In this document: positions 18,780-29,247 of the stretch, piece by piece | How the letters are laid out: each line of letters begins with the position of its first letter | Numbering within the stretch: position 1 is the first letter of the stretch | Source of the DNA: an uncultured Chloroflexia bacterium | Lineage (GTDB): Bacteria; Chloroflexota; Anaerolineae; Anaerolineales; Anaerolineaceae | Direction: 5' to 3' | Assembly (NCBI GenBank): GCA_963814295.1 | Contig: CAWFCH010000003.1 | Location: 598,366-662,365, forward strand | Length of the DNA: 64,000 bases | Program-made: the position numbers and the translations under genes | The notes under the pieces: model-generated | What the model was told of the DNA's origin: nothing | The model's database searches: none | What the model saw: only the letters and a program-made list of their open reading frames with translations

Positions 18780-21131
18780 TTTCTTGATATGCAGCGTGCA
18801 AAATCCCTCAACCTGCACGGGAATGCTGTAAATTTCTCCATTTAACATGAGGGCATCAACGAGTGATCCATTCATCATGACGCTTACCGGCGCGAATGGC
18901 AGCTTTAGAAAAACCTTCCCCTCAGCCGTTCGCGGCAGCCGCAGGGTCATTTCCAAAGAATGCTCATCTTCACGCAACTCCGCCACCTCGTGACCCTGAG
19001 AGAAATGCAGATCGCTGCCGAGGTACTGCGCCTTATCCGCCTGCATCCTGCGAACCGCCATCAGTACACTGCCATGCGGCACCACATCTTCAACCACAAG
19101 TGGGTGGGCATTATCGAAGGTGTCGGTCTTCCCGCTCCAGAACTCGCGGTAAATATATTCCCCGTCTTCCAGCTTGTAAGCCGATGGCTCGATTCTCATA
19201 TCTGCTGGTTTATCCGACCAGTTAAAACACCCAAGGATGTACCAGGAATCGGTTCCTCTTAACATGTCTACACGAAGTTTATTTGGCACACCTGCATCAA
19301 ACCAGTCCAGCACCCTGACTTCCTCCTTCATCACAGGAAGCAGTACCTCAGCGATCTTCATGCGTTCAGGTGGCAATGCTGGCAGATCATCCGACAGCAG
19401 CAGCGACCCTCCGGTGAGTGCGATGACCGTTGCCAGTGAACGCACTTCGTCCAACGTCAGGCGTGTATCCGGCCGGATCAGCAGGCAGTCAGGGTCGTTC
19501 ACCCACCAGAGCCGGTTCAGATTTGCCCTGGTGAGAATATTGTTAATGGAATTACGTGCTGAAGGCATTGAAGGTTCCTGGCGGAAAAATGCCCGAATAT
19601 TATTGAAACTTGGATTCCAATCACCGCTCACATCCGGACCGATGCGCATGGCTTCTACAAGCCCAATCATCGAACCAAGCGGAGCGCCGCAGCCAAGCAG
19701 CGTGACCTGCTGACCAACCGCTTCTCGCAGCGCTTCCATTCCCAAGCGCATCACCTGCGCCCGGGTTTTAGTTTTATCGCAGTATTCACCCTTGAGCGCG
19801 GCGGCGTAAAGGAAATCGAGTTTCAGATAAGGGAATCCCCAATCATGAAATGCGGCACTGACCACGTCTCTTGCGTACTGCAGCGCTTCCGGGACGGTCA
19901 GGTCAAGGGCTGCATTCAATGCATTCCAGACAAACCCGGCGTTGACTGTTCTGCCGTTCGATTGACGCAGCATCCATTCCGGGTGCTCCTTTATCAAATT
20001 CGAGCCCGGATGCACAATGAAGGGTGCCAGCCAAAGTCCGGGGATCAACCCAGCCTGGCTGATTTTTTCTGCCAGCGGTTTGACGCCTTCCGGGAAGGTC
20101 GGCTTGAAATTAAACCAGTCACCTACTTGGGTCTCAAAGCCGTCGTCGATCTGTACCAGTTCTACCGGTAACCTCTCCTGGTTATCGAGGATCACCGACA
20201 GGTTTTCATCAATATTATTTGCTGTCACGTTTGTGTAGAAGTGATACCAGGAACACCAGCCCACCGGTGTGTCAGCTGGAACCAGCGCGTGGTTCTCGCG
20301 CGCGACCGCTTCAAGATAGTCCTCCAGCGGAGTGCGGTGATCCAGCAGCACAGGCGTGAAAACAGCCCAATCGGTTTCAATGCTCATCCCGGGTTCGAGA
20401 TGAGCGTCATCGCCGTTTGCCCACATCGAAATGCTTCCGGCATTTAGGTCTGCCAGGATGGATCCAAAATGATTCTTCTGCGCGAGAAACCCTACCAGGT
20501 AACCTGTCCTGGCTGAGCGATCCCCGACCACAGCAAACATGTCGCTCGAGAAAACCCCCATCCTGCGAGGTAGTGGCGTACCCGGGTTGTAGATCATCGG
20601 ATGCTGCAGCAACCCCAACCTACTGATGTTCATTTTACTGTCGCCACTGTACCACCTGCTGGGCGACCAGGATTGCCAGCCGTTGGAAAAGAAACCAAGT
20701 TCAGCGGAGTTGACCGCCCGCGGGTAGTGGATCTTTCCACCTCGCCTGCCATCCACATCCAGCAGGGTGATGCGGTTCATCGCCACGGTTTGCCCACCAT
20801 CATTGGTGACCCGGACCTTCCAAATCACCAGTGGATGTTCACGGGTGATGCCAAATGTTAGCGTTAAACCAATCTTATTGCCATCCTGCGCGAGCGTGAA
20901 TGTCAACAATTCCATTTCACCGTGTTCAAGCGTTTGAAGAACACCCCGCTGGGTGGATTCGCACCGCCAACCTCCATTTAAGACCTGGTATTTTTTCGCC
21001 CCAAGTGAATACTCACAACCGAGACGGATGCCATCCAATTTAGGAAAGCGCGCATCAGCTGGATGAATGGAGAATGAACCCTCTTCCGCATTTATACCAA
21101 GCGATAATGAAACGGTTTGAATGAGCTCCAA
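18777..21131 (-). CDS. glycoside hydrolase family 36 alpha-galactosidase-like protein
   Basis: 784 aa with VGWCSWYHFY, VQIDDGF and YLKLDFLYAA, which are typical of GH36/melibiase-type enzymes. Confidence 0.75.
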   Translation of the reverse strand: MELIQTVSLSLGINAEEGSFSIHPADARFPKLDGIRLGCEYSLGAKKYQVLNGGWRCESTQRGVLQTLEHGEMELLTFTLAQDGNKIGLTLTFGITREHPLVIWKVRVTNDGGQTVAMNRITLLDVDGRRGGKIHYPRAVNSAELGFFSNGWQSWSPSRWYSGDSKMNISRLGLLQHPMIYNPGTPLPRRMGVFSSDMFAVVGDRSARTGYLVGFLAQKNHFGSILADLNAGSISMWANGDDAHLEPGMSIETDWAVFTPVLLDHRTPLEDYLEAVARENHALVPADTPVGWCSWYHFYTNVTANNIDENLSVILDNQERLPVELVQIDDGFETQVGDWFNFKPTFPEGVKPLAEKISQAGLIPGLWLAPFIVHPGSNLIKEHPEWMLRQSNGRTVNAGFVWNALNAALDLTVPEALQYARDVVSAAFHDWGFPYLKLDFLYAAALKGEYCDKTKTRAQVMRLGMEALREAVGQQVTLLGCGAPLGSMIGLVEAMRIGPDVSGDWNPSFNNIRAFFRQEPSMPSARNSINNILTRANLNRLWWVNDPDCLLIRPDTRLTLDEVRSLATVIALTGGSLLLSDDLPALPPERMKIAEVLLPVMKEEVRVLDWFDAGVPNKLRVDMLRGTDSWYILGCFNWSDKPADMRIEPSAYKLEDGEYIYREFWSGKTDTFDNAHPLVVEDVVPHGSVLMAVRRMQADKAQYLGSDLHFSQGHEVAELREDEHSLEMTLRLPRTAEGKVFLKLPFAPVSVMMNGSLVDALMLNGEIYSIPVQVEGFCTLHIKK

Positions 21132-21232
21132 TGTTTTCCTCCAAGGCAGGACTTGAACAAAATTAATCTTATCACGGACATAAAAAAGCTCGACGAGTTA
21201 AGCCACATAAACCCGCGTGATATAATTGCCGC

Positions 21233-24025
21233 ATGCCCCCCATGGTAGCCATTGACATCGAAACCACCGGCCTTGATGCGCAGCGGGACGCGATCATTGA
21301 GATCGCAGCCGTGCGTTTTAACGGTCACAGGGTCGAAGGCGAATGGACCAGGCTCATCAATCCCGGGTGTCCAATTCCCCGCTTCGTTAACCAGTTGACC
21401 GGCATCAGCGATGAAATGGTACGCCACGCGCCCCCGCTCAAAGCGGTCATCCAGGAACTCGCAGATTTCGTTGGCAATGATCCGGTCCTGGGCCATAACG
21501 TTCGTTTTGACCTGGGATTCCTGCAAAAACAAAAGATCCTGCAATTCAATAAGGTTGTTGATACTTATGAAATGGCCGCCATAGCTTTGCCCAGCAACAG
21601 CCGCTATAACCTGGGCACACTCGGTCTCACGCTTGGTATATTGATCCCTAACTCTCACCGCGCCCTGGATGACGCACGGCTCACCCAGGCGGTCTATCAC
21701 ATCCTGTCGCAGAGATTGCTGGAACTACCCATCGAAATCCTCGCTGAAATCGTGCGCATGACGGAGGGCATCGAATGGGATGGCGAACTGTCATTTCAAC
21801 TGGCTTTGCAGCAGAAAGGCCGCATGCCTATTGAGGCTAAAAAGGTTTACCAGGATGATTTCGGGCTCCTCTTTGGCGGCACCAGGAATTACCCGCCGCT
21901 GGTACCGGTGGAAACCCCCACACCCCTGGATGCCGAGGAAATTGCCTCACAGATCGAGCATGGCGGACCCTTCTCGCGATACTTTGATAACTTCGAGAGC
22001 CGCCCGCAGCAGCTTGAAATGCTGCGCGCTGTGGCCAATGCCCTGTCCAACAGCCAGCACTTCATGGTTGAAGCCGGCACTGGCACTGGTAAATCCTTCG
22101 CTTATCTCATCCCTGCCGTGGAATGGGCGGTCCGCAATTCCATGCGCGTGGTCATCTCGACCAATACCATCACATTGCAGGACCAGCTGATCAAGAAGGA
22201 CATCCCCGACCTGGCAGCAGCGCTTGGTTCCGAGGTGCTCGCCACGGTCGTCAAGGGACGTGGAAATTACCTCTGCCCGCGCCGCTTCAGTGCCATGCGC
22301 AAGACCGGACCGCAAAACGCGGAGGAAGTCAGGATAATCGCAAAGACCCTGGTCTGGTTATACCTGGGCGGCAGTGGAGACCGTGGGGAGATAAACCTAA
22401 ATGGACCGATGGAACGCGAGATTTGGCAGCGCCTCTCAGCAGAGGATGAAGGCTGCAAAACTGAGGTCTGCGTTTCACGCATGGGCGGTGCCTGTCCGTT
22501 CTACCGCACCCACATGGCTGCCCAATCCTCGCACATCCTTGTGGTCAACCACGCGCTCCTGCTCGCTGACGTGGTTACTGGCAACCGCGTGTTGCCTGAA
22601 TACAATTACCTGATCGTCGATGAAGCCCATCACCTGGAATCTGCCACCACCAATGCCCTCTCCTTCCGCGTCACGCAAAACGATTTTGTGCGCATGCTGC
22701 GCGAAGTTGGCGGTATTTCCAGCGGGCTGCTCGGCAGGCTGTTAACCCTCATATCCCATACGCTCCCCCCCTCGGATTTTGCCGCGCTCAACCAGGCAGT
22801 CCATAAGATCTCCGATCTGTTATTTAAGCTGGAAGAGGAATTTAAAGACCTGATCTACAACCTGGAGTCCTTCATGGATGAACAACGCGATGGGCAGCCA
22901 GTGAACAGCTACGGTCAGCAAACACGCGTACTGCCGGCAACCCGCACTCTGCCCAGCTGGTCAGATGTTGAGATTGCCTGGGATAACTGCCAGGGTTCCA
23001 TGCAATCGACACTAAAACTAATCGCGGAACTGCAGAAGGCGGTGACAGACAGCCTTGACGAACTGCCCGAGGAGCTGGAAGACACCCTGGGCTCACTGGC
23101 AAGCGTGTACCGCCGCCTCACCGAGGCGGAGAATTACATTGACGCGCTGGTGAACCGCCCGGATGAGAGTTATGTTTACTGGGTTGAGATCATGCCCAAC
23201 ACCAACCGCCTGGCGTTGCATGTTGCGCCGCTGCACATCGGACCGTTAATGGAAAAATACCTGTGGCATGAGAAATCTTCTGTCATCCTCACTTCAGCCA
23301 CGCTCACCACCAACAACGAATTCGATTACATCCGCAACCGTCTCAACGCCGACGAAGCTGACGAACTGGTACTTGGTTCGCCTTTCGATTATGAAAACGC
23401 CACCCTGCTTTACCTGGTGAACGATATCCCTGAGCCGAACGAAGCCAACGCCTACCAGCGGGAAGTCGATAGTGCCATCATCCGACTTGCCAAGGCAACG
23501 GGCGGGCGCATGCTGGCGCTCTTTACCTCTTACGCACAGTTGAAAAGAACATCCCAGAACATCGGCCCCGCCATGGTTGCTTCCGGTATCCAGGTATTTG
23601 AACAGGGTGAAGGAGCTTCACCAAATACCCTGCTCGAAACCTTCCGCGAAGCCGACAAAGCCGTCCTGCTGGGGACGCGCGCTTTTTGGGAGGGTGTGGA
23701 CATCCCTGGCGAAGCGCTCTCGGTACTCGTCATTGTCAAGCTGCCATTCGACGTCCCGTCAGACCCGATCATCGCCGCGCGCGCGGAGACCTTCGAGGAT
23801 CCGTTCAATGAGTACAACCTGCCGGAGGCTATCCTACGCTTCAGGCAGGGCTTTGGTCGTCTGATACGTACCCAATCCGACCGCGGTGTGGTGGTGATAT
23901 TGGACAAACGCGTCTTGACCAAGAAGTATGGGCGCCAGTTCCTTGACTCGTTACCGTTGTGCACCCGCAAGGTCGCCTCAAGCCTGGAATTGCCTGCCGC
24001 GGCAGCGCGCTGGTTGAACATCTAA
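21233..24025 (+). CDS. dinG: DinG family ATP-dependent helicase with N-terminal DnaQ-like 3'-5' exonuclease domain
   Basis: Exo motif VAIDIETTGLD...HRALDDA. Helicase motifs EAGTGTGKS, DEAHHLE and a C-terminal RLIRTQSDRGVVVILD. Confidence 0.9.
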   Translation: MPPMVAIDIETTGLDAQRDAIIEIAAVRFNGHRVEGEWTRLINPGCPIPRFVNQLTGISDEMVRHAPPLKAVIQELADFVGNDPVLGHNVRFDLGFLQKQKILQFNKVVDTYEMAAIALPSNSRYNLGTLGLTLGILIPNSHRALDDARLTQAVYHILSQRLLELPIEILAEIVRMTEGIEWDGELSFQLALQQKGRMPIEAKKVYQDDFGLLFGGTRNYPPLVPVETPTPLDAEEIASQIEHGGPFSRYFDNFESRPQQLEMLRAVANALSNSQHFMVEAGTGTGKSFAYLIPAVEWAVRNSMRVVISTNTITLQDQLIKKDIPDLAAALGSEVLATVVKGRGNYLCPRRFSAMRKTGPQNAEEVRIIAKTLVWLYLGGSGDRGEINLNGPMEREIWQRLSAEDEGCKTEVCVSRMGGACPFYRTHMAAQSSHILVVNHALLLADVVTGNRVLPEYNYLIVDEAHHLESATTNALSFRVTQNDFVRMLREVGGISSGLLGRLLTLISHTLPPSDFAALNQAVHKISDLLFKLEEEFKDLIYNLESFMDEQRDGQPVNSYGQQTRVLPATRTLPSWSDVEIAWDNCQGSMQSTLKLIAELQKAVTDSLDELPEELEDTLGSLASVYRRLTEAENYIDALVNRPDESYVYWVEIMPNTNRLALHVAPLHIGPLMEKYLWHEKSSVILTSATLTTNNEFDYIRNRLNADEADELVLGSPFDYENATLLYLVNDIPEPNEANAYQREVDSAIIRLAKATGGRMLALFTSYAQLKRTSQNIGPAMVASGIQVFEQGEGASPNTLLETFREADKAVLLGTRAFWEGVDIPGEALSVLVIVKLPFDVPSDPIIAARAETFEDPFNEYNLPEAILRFRQGFGRLIRTQSDRGVVVILDKRVLTKKYGRQFLDSLPLCTRKVASSLELPAAAARWLNI

Positions 24026-24081
24026 ATTCCCCTTTCAGTGTTAATAGAAAACAGCTATAATCCGCGCTCAGGAGTAATGGT

Positions 24082-24966
24082 ATGAATTACGTGATCAGTA
24101 CAATGCGTCCGCGCTTTCTCATCCTCGCCCTGGCATGCGTGTTCCTGGGAACCGCCGCCGCCATCTGGACGGTGGGAGCGGTCAATCCCTGGCACGTGGT
24201 TCTGGCGTTTATCGGCGGTTTGGCCGCGCACGGCTGCGTGAATGCCATCAACGATTACACTGATATCAGGAGCGGACTGGATTTCCGCACCAACCGCACG
24301 CCTTTCAGCGGTGGCAGTGGCACTTTTGTGGCAGAGCCCGGTAAGATTCACCTGGCGCTCTGGACAACCATCGTCACAGCGGTCATTACGGCGGCCATTG
24401 GCATTTACTTCGCCATCACGGTCGGTTGGCCAATCCTCCTCATTGGCGCGGTCGGTATGATCGTCATTTTTACCTACACCAAATGGCTCAACAGGCAGGC
24501 TTTCCTGTGCCTTGTTTCACCGGGTGTCGGTTTCGGTACACTGATGGTCCTGGGGACTTTTTTCGTCCTCACCAGCAGGATTACATGGGCAGCGGTCATC
24601 GCGTCCTTTATTCCATTCTTCCTGGTGAGTAACCTGCTGTTGTTGAACCAGTTCCCGGATGTGGAAGCGGACAAGACTGTAAGCAGGAAACATTACCCCA
24701 TCCTCCTCGGCAGGCAAACCAGCGCGATTATTTACGTTTGTTTCCTGGCCGCCACCTATATCGTGATCATTCTCGGGGTTATCCTCAAACTTACCCCGGC
24801 ATGGACGCTGCTTGGCCTGCTTTCAGCCATCATCGCGTTCCCCACAGCAAGGAATGTCCTCCGAAACGCCGAGGATCTCCCCGCGCTGCTTCCATCACTC
24901 GTCCAGAATGTGCTTCTGAACCTGGTAACCCCGGTGTTGATGGGAGTTGGCTTCCTTATTGGTTAG
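24082..24966 (+). CDS. UbiA family prenyltransferase (MenA-like)
   Basis: Polytopic 294-aa protein carrying NAINDYTDIRSGLD and a second Asp-rich region (DVEADK). Confidence 0.8.
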   Translation: MNYVISTMRPRFLILALACVFLGTAAAIWTVGAVNPWHVVLAFIGGLAAHGCVNAINDYTDIRSGLDFRTNRTPFSGGSGTFVAEPGKIHLALWTTIVTAVITAAIGIYFAITVGWPILLIGAVGMIVIFTYTKWLNRQAFLCLVSPGVGFGTLMVLGTFFVLTSRITWAAVIASFIPFFLVSNLLLLNQFPDVEADKTVSRKHYPILLGRQTSAIIYVCFLAATYIVIILGVILKLTPAWTLLGLLSAIIAFPTARNVLRNAEDLPALLPSLVQNVLLNLVTPVLMGVGFLIG

Positions 24967-24993
24967 GGAACCATCAATCATAACGATTCTTTT

Positions 24994-25019
24994 AAAAGGC
25001 AGCGTGGCTGCCTTTTTAT
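24994..25019 (+). terminator. intrinsic terminator
   Basis: Stem aggcagc/gctgcct, loop gtg, then ttttt. Confidence 0.6.
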
Positions 25020-25140
25020 TCAATATCAGCGATATGTGTGATAACGTGCCGAGTGGTGGAAAAATATACTGTAACATCTTAGCAAAGAGGCTATAATACG
25101 AGTGTATTAGTCGTATTTACTTCCACCAGGAGGAAACCCG

Positions 25141-26544
25141 ATGTTCAGATATAAGACCATTTTGATCATGACTGCGCTGCTGCTTATCTCTCTTGCGAGC
25201 GTGGGTTGCGGTCTGGCCACCCCCAGCGGTGTGCCATCAGAAGATTTCATTGCCACCAGTGTTGCCGCCACGGTCAATGCCCAGCCAGGCGGAACAGCGG
25301 AACCAGCCATCACGGATTCACCCGCCCTTCCGACCATGGAATCAACTGGCTCTACCACCGAAACCTCCACGCCAATCACCCCCCCCGTGTCATATCCCTT
25401 GAGCGTGGCATTCGTAGCTCCTGACAAGAATGCGTATTATTGGAACGAAACCATGGCCACCTCAATCGCGCTGACAACCAGCGGAGACGTAGAGGATGCA
25501 ATTGTCTCGCCGGATGGCACGCAGGTAGCGCTCACACGCTCCACGGATTGGGTGAGTTATACGCTTGAAGTGGTCAATTCTGACGGTACTAACCTGCGTA
25601 CCCTTGTGCCTCCTTCCGGTTTTGATTCGCTTCCCCGCCCGACTGACGCAGTCGCTTCGGTTCCCAACCAGCTCAGTTGGGTGCATGGTACACGGCTACT
25701 GGCTATGACCACGCGCATTACATATGATGGACCCGGATATCAAACCGGTGAGAGTCTCTTCTTAATTGACAGCGATACTTCCTCCATGCGGGTTCTTCTT
25801 TCTGTGGTATCCCAATGGGGCTGGCACTACTACTTCTCTCCAGATGGAACGAAGATCGCCGTCGCCTACCCTGAGGGAATGGACATTTATGACAATACCG
25901 GTGCGAAACTCGATAGGCCAGTGCTGGTGTATCCATTCATTAATACCGCTTCTGAGTACGCATGGGTGGCGTCCCCCACCTGGTCTGCTGATAGCAGCAC
26001 CCTGGTCGCGGTCGTTCCACCGCAGGATCCATGGTCGACCCCACTTGCTGATTCCAGCGTTTATCGTGTTTCTTCTGATGGAATGACAGGTGAATTAATG
26101 TTTTCCTCCCGGATGACCTACTGGCCTTTACAGATTGCAGCCATCTCGCCTGACCTGGCAAAACTCGCCTTTCTCGTTCCAAGTGGCGCATCTGCAGATG
26201 GTCTTTTCACACTCCGCCTGGCTAACATTGATGGCAGCGGCATGACGGATTACACCACCGGAAAGATCTACGGCGTACCCGCGTGGTCAACTGGCAACAA
26301 CAAATTCTATTACCATGATGATGACAGCGGCGCGTGGATCGGGCAGGTTGGATCATCCCCTGTTTCCATACCCGACTTTAACAACACACCCACTGTAACC
26401 TGGATCGATGCCAACCGCTTTATCGGCGCTTCAGGACCAGAAGGAGGTTGGAAGCTGCTGCTGGGAACCGTTGGTTCACCGACTGGGGTTATTTTTTCCT
26501 CCTCCGCAGGTGATGAGAGGCTGCATTTCACTGTTAACCGCTAA
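25141..26544 (+). CDS. hypothetical lipoprotein with TolB-like (PD40) beta-propeller repeats
   Basis: Lipobox LASVGC. Repeated SPDGTQVAL / SPDGTKIAV / SPDLAKLAF motifs. Confidence 0.55.
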   Translation: MFRYKTILIMTALLLISLASVGCGLATPSGVPSEDFIATSVAATVNAQPGGTAEPAITDSPALPTMESTGSTTETSTPITPPVSYPLSVAFVAPDKNAYYWNETMATSIALTTSGDVEDAIVSPDGTQVALTRSTDWVSYTLEVVNSDGTNLRTLVPPSGFDSLPRPTDAVASVPNQLSWVHGTRLLAMTTRITYDGPGYQTGESLFLIDSDTSSMRVLLSVVSQWGWHYYFSPDGTKIAVAYPEGMDIYDNTGAKLDRPVLVYPFINTASEYAWVASPTWSADSSTLVAVVPPQDPWSTPLADSSVYRVSSDGMTGELMFSSRMTYWPLQIAAISPDLAKLAFLVPSGASADGLFTLRLANIDGSGMTDYTTGKIYGVPAWSTGNNKFYYHDDDSGAWIGQVGSSPVSIPDFNNTPTVTWIDANRFIGASGPEGGWKLLLGTVGSPTGVIFSSSAGDERLHFTVNR

Positions 26545-26608
26545 TCCGCGCGGATAAAAAGGAAAAATTCTTTATGCGTTATAATTTTGTTGATCAAAAC
26601 TCAATGAA

Positions 26609-27835
26609 ATGGCACAAACCGGAGCCCTCATGAACCTGATACGCAGACTTTTGATAATCACCATCATCCCATCCCTATTGCTGCTAACCGCTTGTGGTGG
26701 AAATACAGCGCTAACACCCACTCCGATAAGCCTCGAAGAAGCTGTGAGGCAAACCGTCGCGGCAATACCAACCGAGACCAGCACCCCCACGCCGACCGCC
26801 ACCCCCCTGCCCACAACCACGCCGACCCAGATCATTGTGCGCTACGGTCCGGATAACTTCCCCGCGAATGTGAACCCACTCACCGGCCTGGAGGTCTCTG
26901 ACGCGTCCATCCTTGATCGCCGCCCGTTGATGATCAAAGTCTCGAACTTCCCACGTGAAGGTCGTCCGCACGCAGGGTTATCCGCCGCGGATATCGTCTT
27001 TGATTACTATACCGGTGAAGGCGCGAACCGCTTCCTGGCGCTATTTTATGGCACGGAATCAGAACAAATCGGCCCCATTCGCTCTGGCAGGTTGATTGAC
27101 CGCTACCTTGTCTCGTTGTACCAGGGTGTGCTTGGCGCTGTCTATGCTTTTCCCTCCGAATGGGAGACGATCCTCAATTACCTGGGTTGGAGCCGGGTCA
27201 TCTCTGAAGGTCCCAATACCTGCCCGGCTATGTGCCGGCAGAAGGACGTTATGGCAGAGATCAGCGTGTTCGCTAATTCAGCCGAAATGACCAAGTATTA
27301 CGCTGCCCGACCCAATGCCAGCAATACCCGCCAGAATCTCAACGGAATGGCTTTTTACACACTGCCACCGGCAGGCGGTGTTGAAGCGCTCGAGCTAACC
27401 CATCAATTCGGCAAGAACAACTACGCCGGGTGGAAGTACAACCCTGAAATACATAAGTACCTGCGCTGGATTGACAGTATCAAGGACAATGGCGAAGTGG
27501 AGATGATCCCGCTTACAGACAGGAACACTGGAGAACAGCTTCAGTTCTCCAATATCATTCTGGTCTACGCCGAGATCGAAACCTTGCACCACGAAGACAC
27601 AATCCACGAAATCCATATTATCAACGCAACCGGGCGAGCCGTTGTTTTCCGCGATGGCTTAAAGTATGAGCTTACATGGAAATCTGGTTGGGATACACCG
27701 ATCCAGTTTTTGAACCAGGATGGAACACCCTTTGAGTTTCAACCCGGTAATTCATGGATGCACTTCACTGGCATGAATTCAGAGCTCACGGAAGAAAACC
27801 CCGGAGTCTGGTTCTCCAGGAACTGGAAACCTTGA
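26609..27835 (+). CDS. DUF3048 (YerB-like) domain lipoprotein
   Basis: Lipobox LLTACGG, then PLTGL...RRPLMIKVSNFP..RPHAGLSAADIVFDYYTGEGANRFLALFY..IGPIRSGR, typical of DUF3048. Confidence 0.75.
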   Translation: MAQTGALMNLIRRLLIITIIPSLLLLTACGGNTALTPTPISLEEAVRQTVAAIPTETSTPTPTATPLPTTTPTQIIVRYGPDNFPANVNPLTGLEVSDASILDRRPLMIKVSNFPREGRPHAGLSAADIVFDYYTGEGANRFLALFYGTESEQIGPIRSGRLIDRYLVSLYQGVLGAVYAFPSEWETILNYLGWSRVISEGPNTCPAMCRQKDVMAEISVFANSAEMTKYYAARPNASNTRQNLNGMAFYTLPPAGGVEALELTHQFGKNNYAGWKYNPEIHKYLRWIDSIKDNGEVEMIPLTDRNTGEQLQFSNIILVYAEIETLHHEDTIHEIHIINATGRAVVFRDGLKYELTWKSGWDTPIQFLNQDGTPFEFQPGNSWMHFTGMNSELTEENPGVWFSRNWKP

Positions 27836-27859
27836 TAGTAAAAAGCCAAATGGTTAATT

Positions 27860-27893
27860 AAAAATGCTGCTCCAATCTCGGAGCAGCATTTTA
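27860..27893. terminator. bidirectional intrinsic terminator
   Basis: 10-bp stem atgctgctcc/ggagcagcat flanked by an A-run and a T-run. Confidence 0.6.
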
Positions 27894-27898
27894 TGTTG

Positions 27899-28270
27899 TT
27901 ATGACGGATCAGAAGCGAATTGAATACGATTTCCTTCAGGGTCATAAAAGGTGCCGAAGCAGACCGTGCCGGGAATTGTGACCGCGTCATCGCAGCGCAC
28001 ACCGCGGGCGCGCAGTTTTTCAGTGACCGCTACCGCGTCATCAACGGCCAACACAGTGGTAGCACCGCCAATATACGGTGGCATCGGATCTACAGTATCC
28101 CAGCGGCTGATGGCGAGATGGGTCTCATTGTCGAACCCGAATTCCATCCAACCCATTTCCTCGCTCTCATAGGCTACCGGCCATTCAAGTATTTCTTTAT
28201 AGAACTTCCTGGCAGCATCCCAATCCTTCACATGGTATGACACGACACTGACACGCTTGAATAGAGACAT
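27899..28270 (-). CDS. VOC (glyoxalase/bleomycin resistance) family protein
   Basis: 123 aa with the betaalphabetabetabeta-type pattern, ending ...FGTFYDPEGNRIQF. Confidence 0.75.
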   Translation of the reverse strand: MSLFKRVSVVSYHVKDWDAARKFYKEILEWPVAYESEEMGWMEFGFDNETHLAISRWDTVDPMPPYIGGATTVLAVDDAVAVTEKLRARGVRCDDAVTIPGTVCFGTFYDPEGNRIQFASDPS

Positions 28271-28299
28271 TTTTTATCCTCCTGTAAGATAACAACAGA

Positions 28300-29166
28300 T
28301 CAGGGACGAATAAACGTACCGTCACGAAGTTCGCGCAGCGTTTGCTGGATCTCCTCCGCGGTATTCATCACGATCGGTCCATAACGCACGATCGGTTCAC
28401 CAAGAGGCTTACCGGCGACAAGCAGGAACCTTGTACCAAACAGACCGCCCTTAACATTGATTCCTTCGCCATCTCCCAGCACCAGCAACCGGGTGGCTTC
28501 GGTGGTCGTCCCGCAGAACTCGCCATCACCCTTAAACACATAAATAAACGCGTTATGCCCTTTTGGGATACTGTGCGTGAAAAAATCCCCGCCATCCACA
28601 GCCACATCCATGTAAAGCGGTTCAGCCGCTATCCCAGTGACTGGGCCTTCCACCTCCGCGTACTTGCCGGCAATCAGCCTGACGGCGACACCCTTATCCG
28701 GGTTCAGCCACGGAATCTTCGCAGCCTTTATTTCCTGGTAACGCGGTGGACTCATCTTTAGTTCCGCCGGCAGGTTGACCCAAAGCTGGAAACCTTCCAT
28801 ATGCCCCCCCAAACCTTCCGGCATTTCCTCGTGCAAAATCGCTCTCCCGGCCGTCATCCACTGCACATCACCTGAACTGATTTCCCCTTTATTGCCAAGG
28901 CTGTCTTTATGTCTGACAAGACCAGCCAGCATATAGGTCACGGTTTCGATGCCGCGGTGCGGATGCATGGGAAAGCCGCGGATGTAATCTTCAGGATTGT
29001 GCGAACCGAAATGATCGAGCAGCAAAAATGGGTCCAGGTGATCGAAACCTGATGAACCGATCGTGCGGCGTAATTTAACCCCCGCACCCTCGCGCACCCA
29101 CTGCGGCTCAATGATCTCTACTACTTCTCTCATTGTGATACTCCTGTTCATCGTCAGCTTCACCAA
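28300..29166 (-). CDS. pirin family protein
   Basis: HPHRGIETVTYMLAG..., GDVQWMTAGRAILHEE and the bicupin length of 288 aa. Confidence 0.85.
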   Translation of the reverse strand: MVKLTMNRSITMREVVEIIEPQWVREGAGVKLRRTIGSSGFDHLDPFLLLDHFGSHNPEDYIRGFPMHPHRGIETVTYMLAGLVRHKDSLGNKGEISSGDVQWMTAGRAILHEEMPEGLGGHMEGFQLWVNLPAELKMSPPRYQEIKAAKIPWLNPDKGVAVRLIAGKYAEVEGPVTGIAAEPLYMDVAVDGGDFFTHSIPKGHNAFIYVFKGDGEFCGTTTEATRLLVLGDGEGINVKGGLFGTRFLLVAGKPLGEPIVRYGPIVMNTAEEIQQTLRELRDGTFIRP

Positions 29167-29194
29167 TATTAATCACACCACAATGTTAATTATA

Positions 29195-29221
29195 AATGAC
29201 TCCCGGTTGTTTTTCCGGGAG
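29195..29221 (-). terminator. candidate terminator downstream of gyrB
   Basis: Stem ctcccgg/ccgggag, followed on the minus strand by a T-containing tract. Confidence 0.4.
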
Positions 29222-29247
29222 CCAATCGTTTTCATGTATTGATTTTT

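Noticed and set aside
21092-21700. A 202-aa minus-strand ORF spanning the GH36 start and the dinG 5' end.
   Set aside because: It overlaps two well-supported genes on both strands, crosses their intergenic promoter region and has no recognisable motifs.
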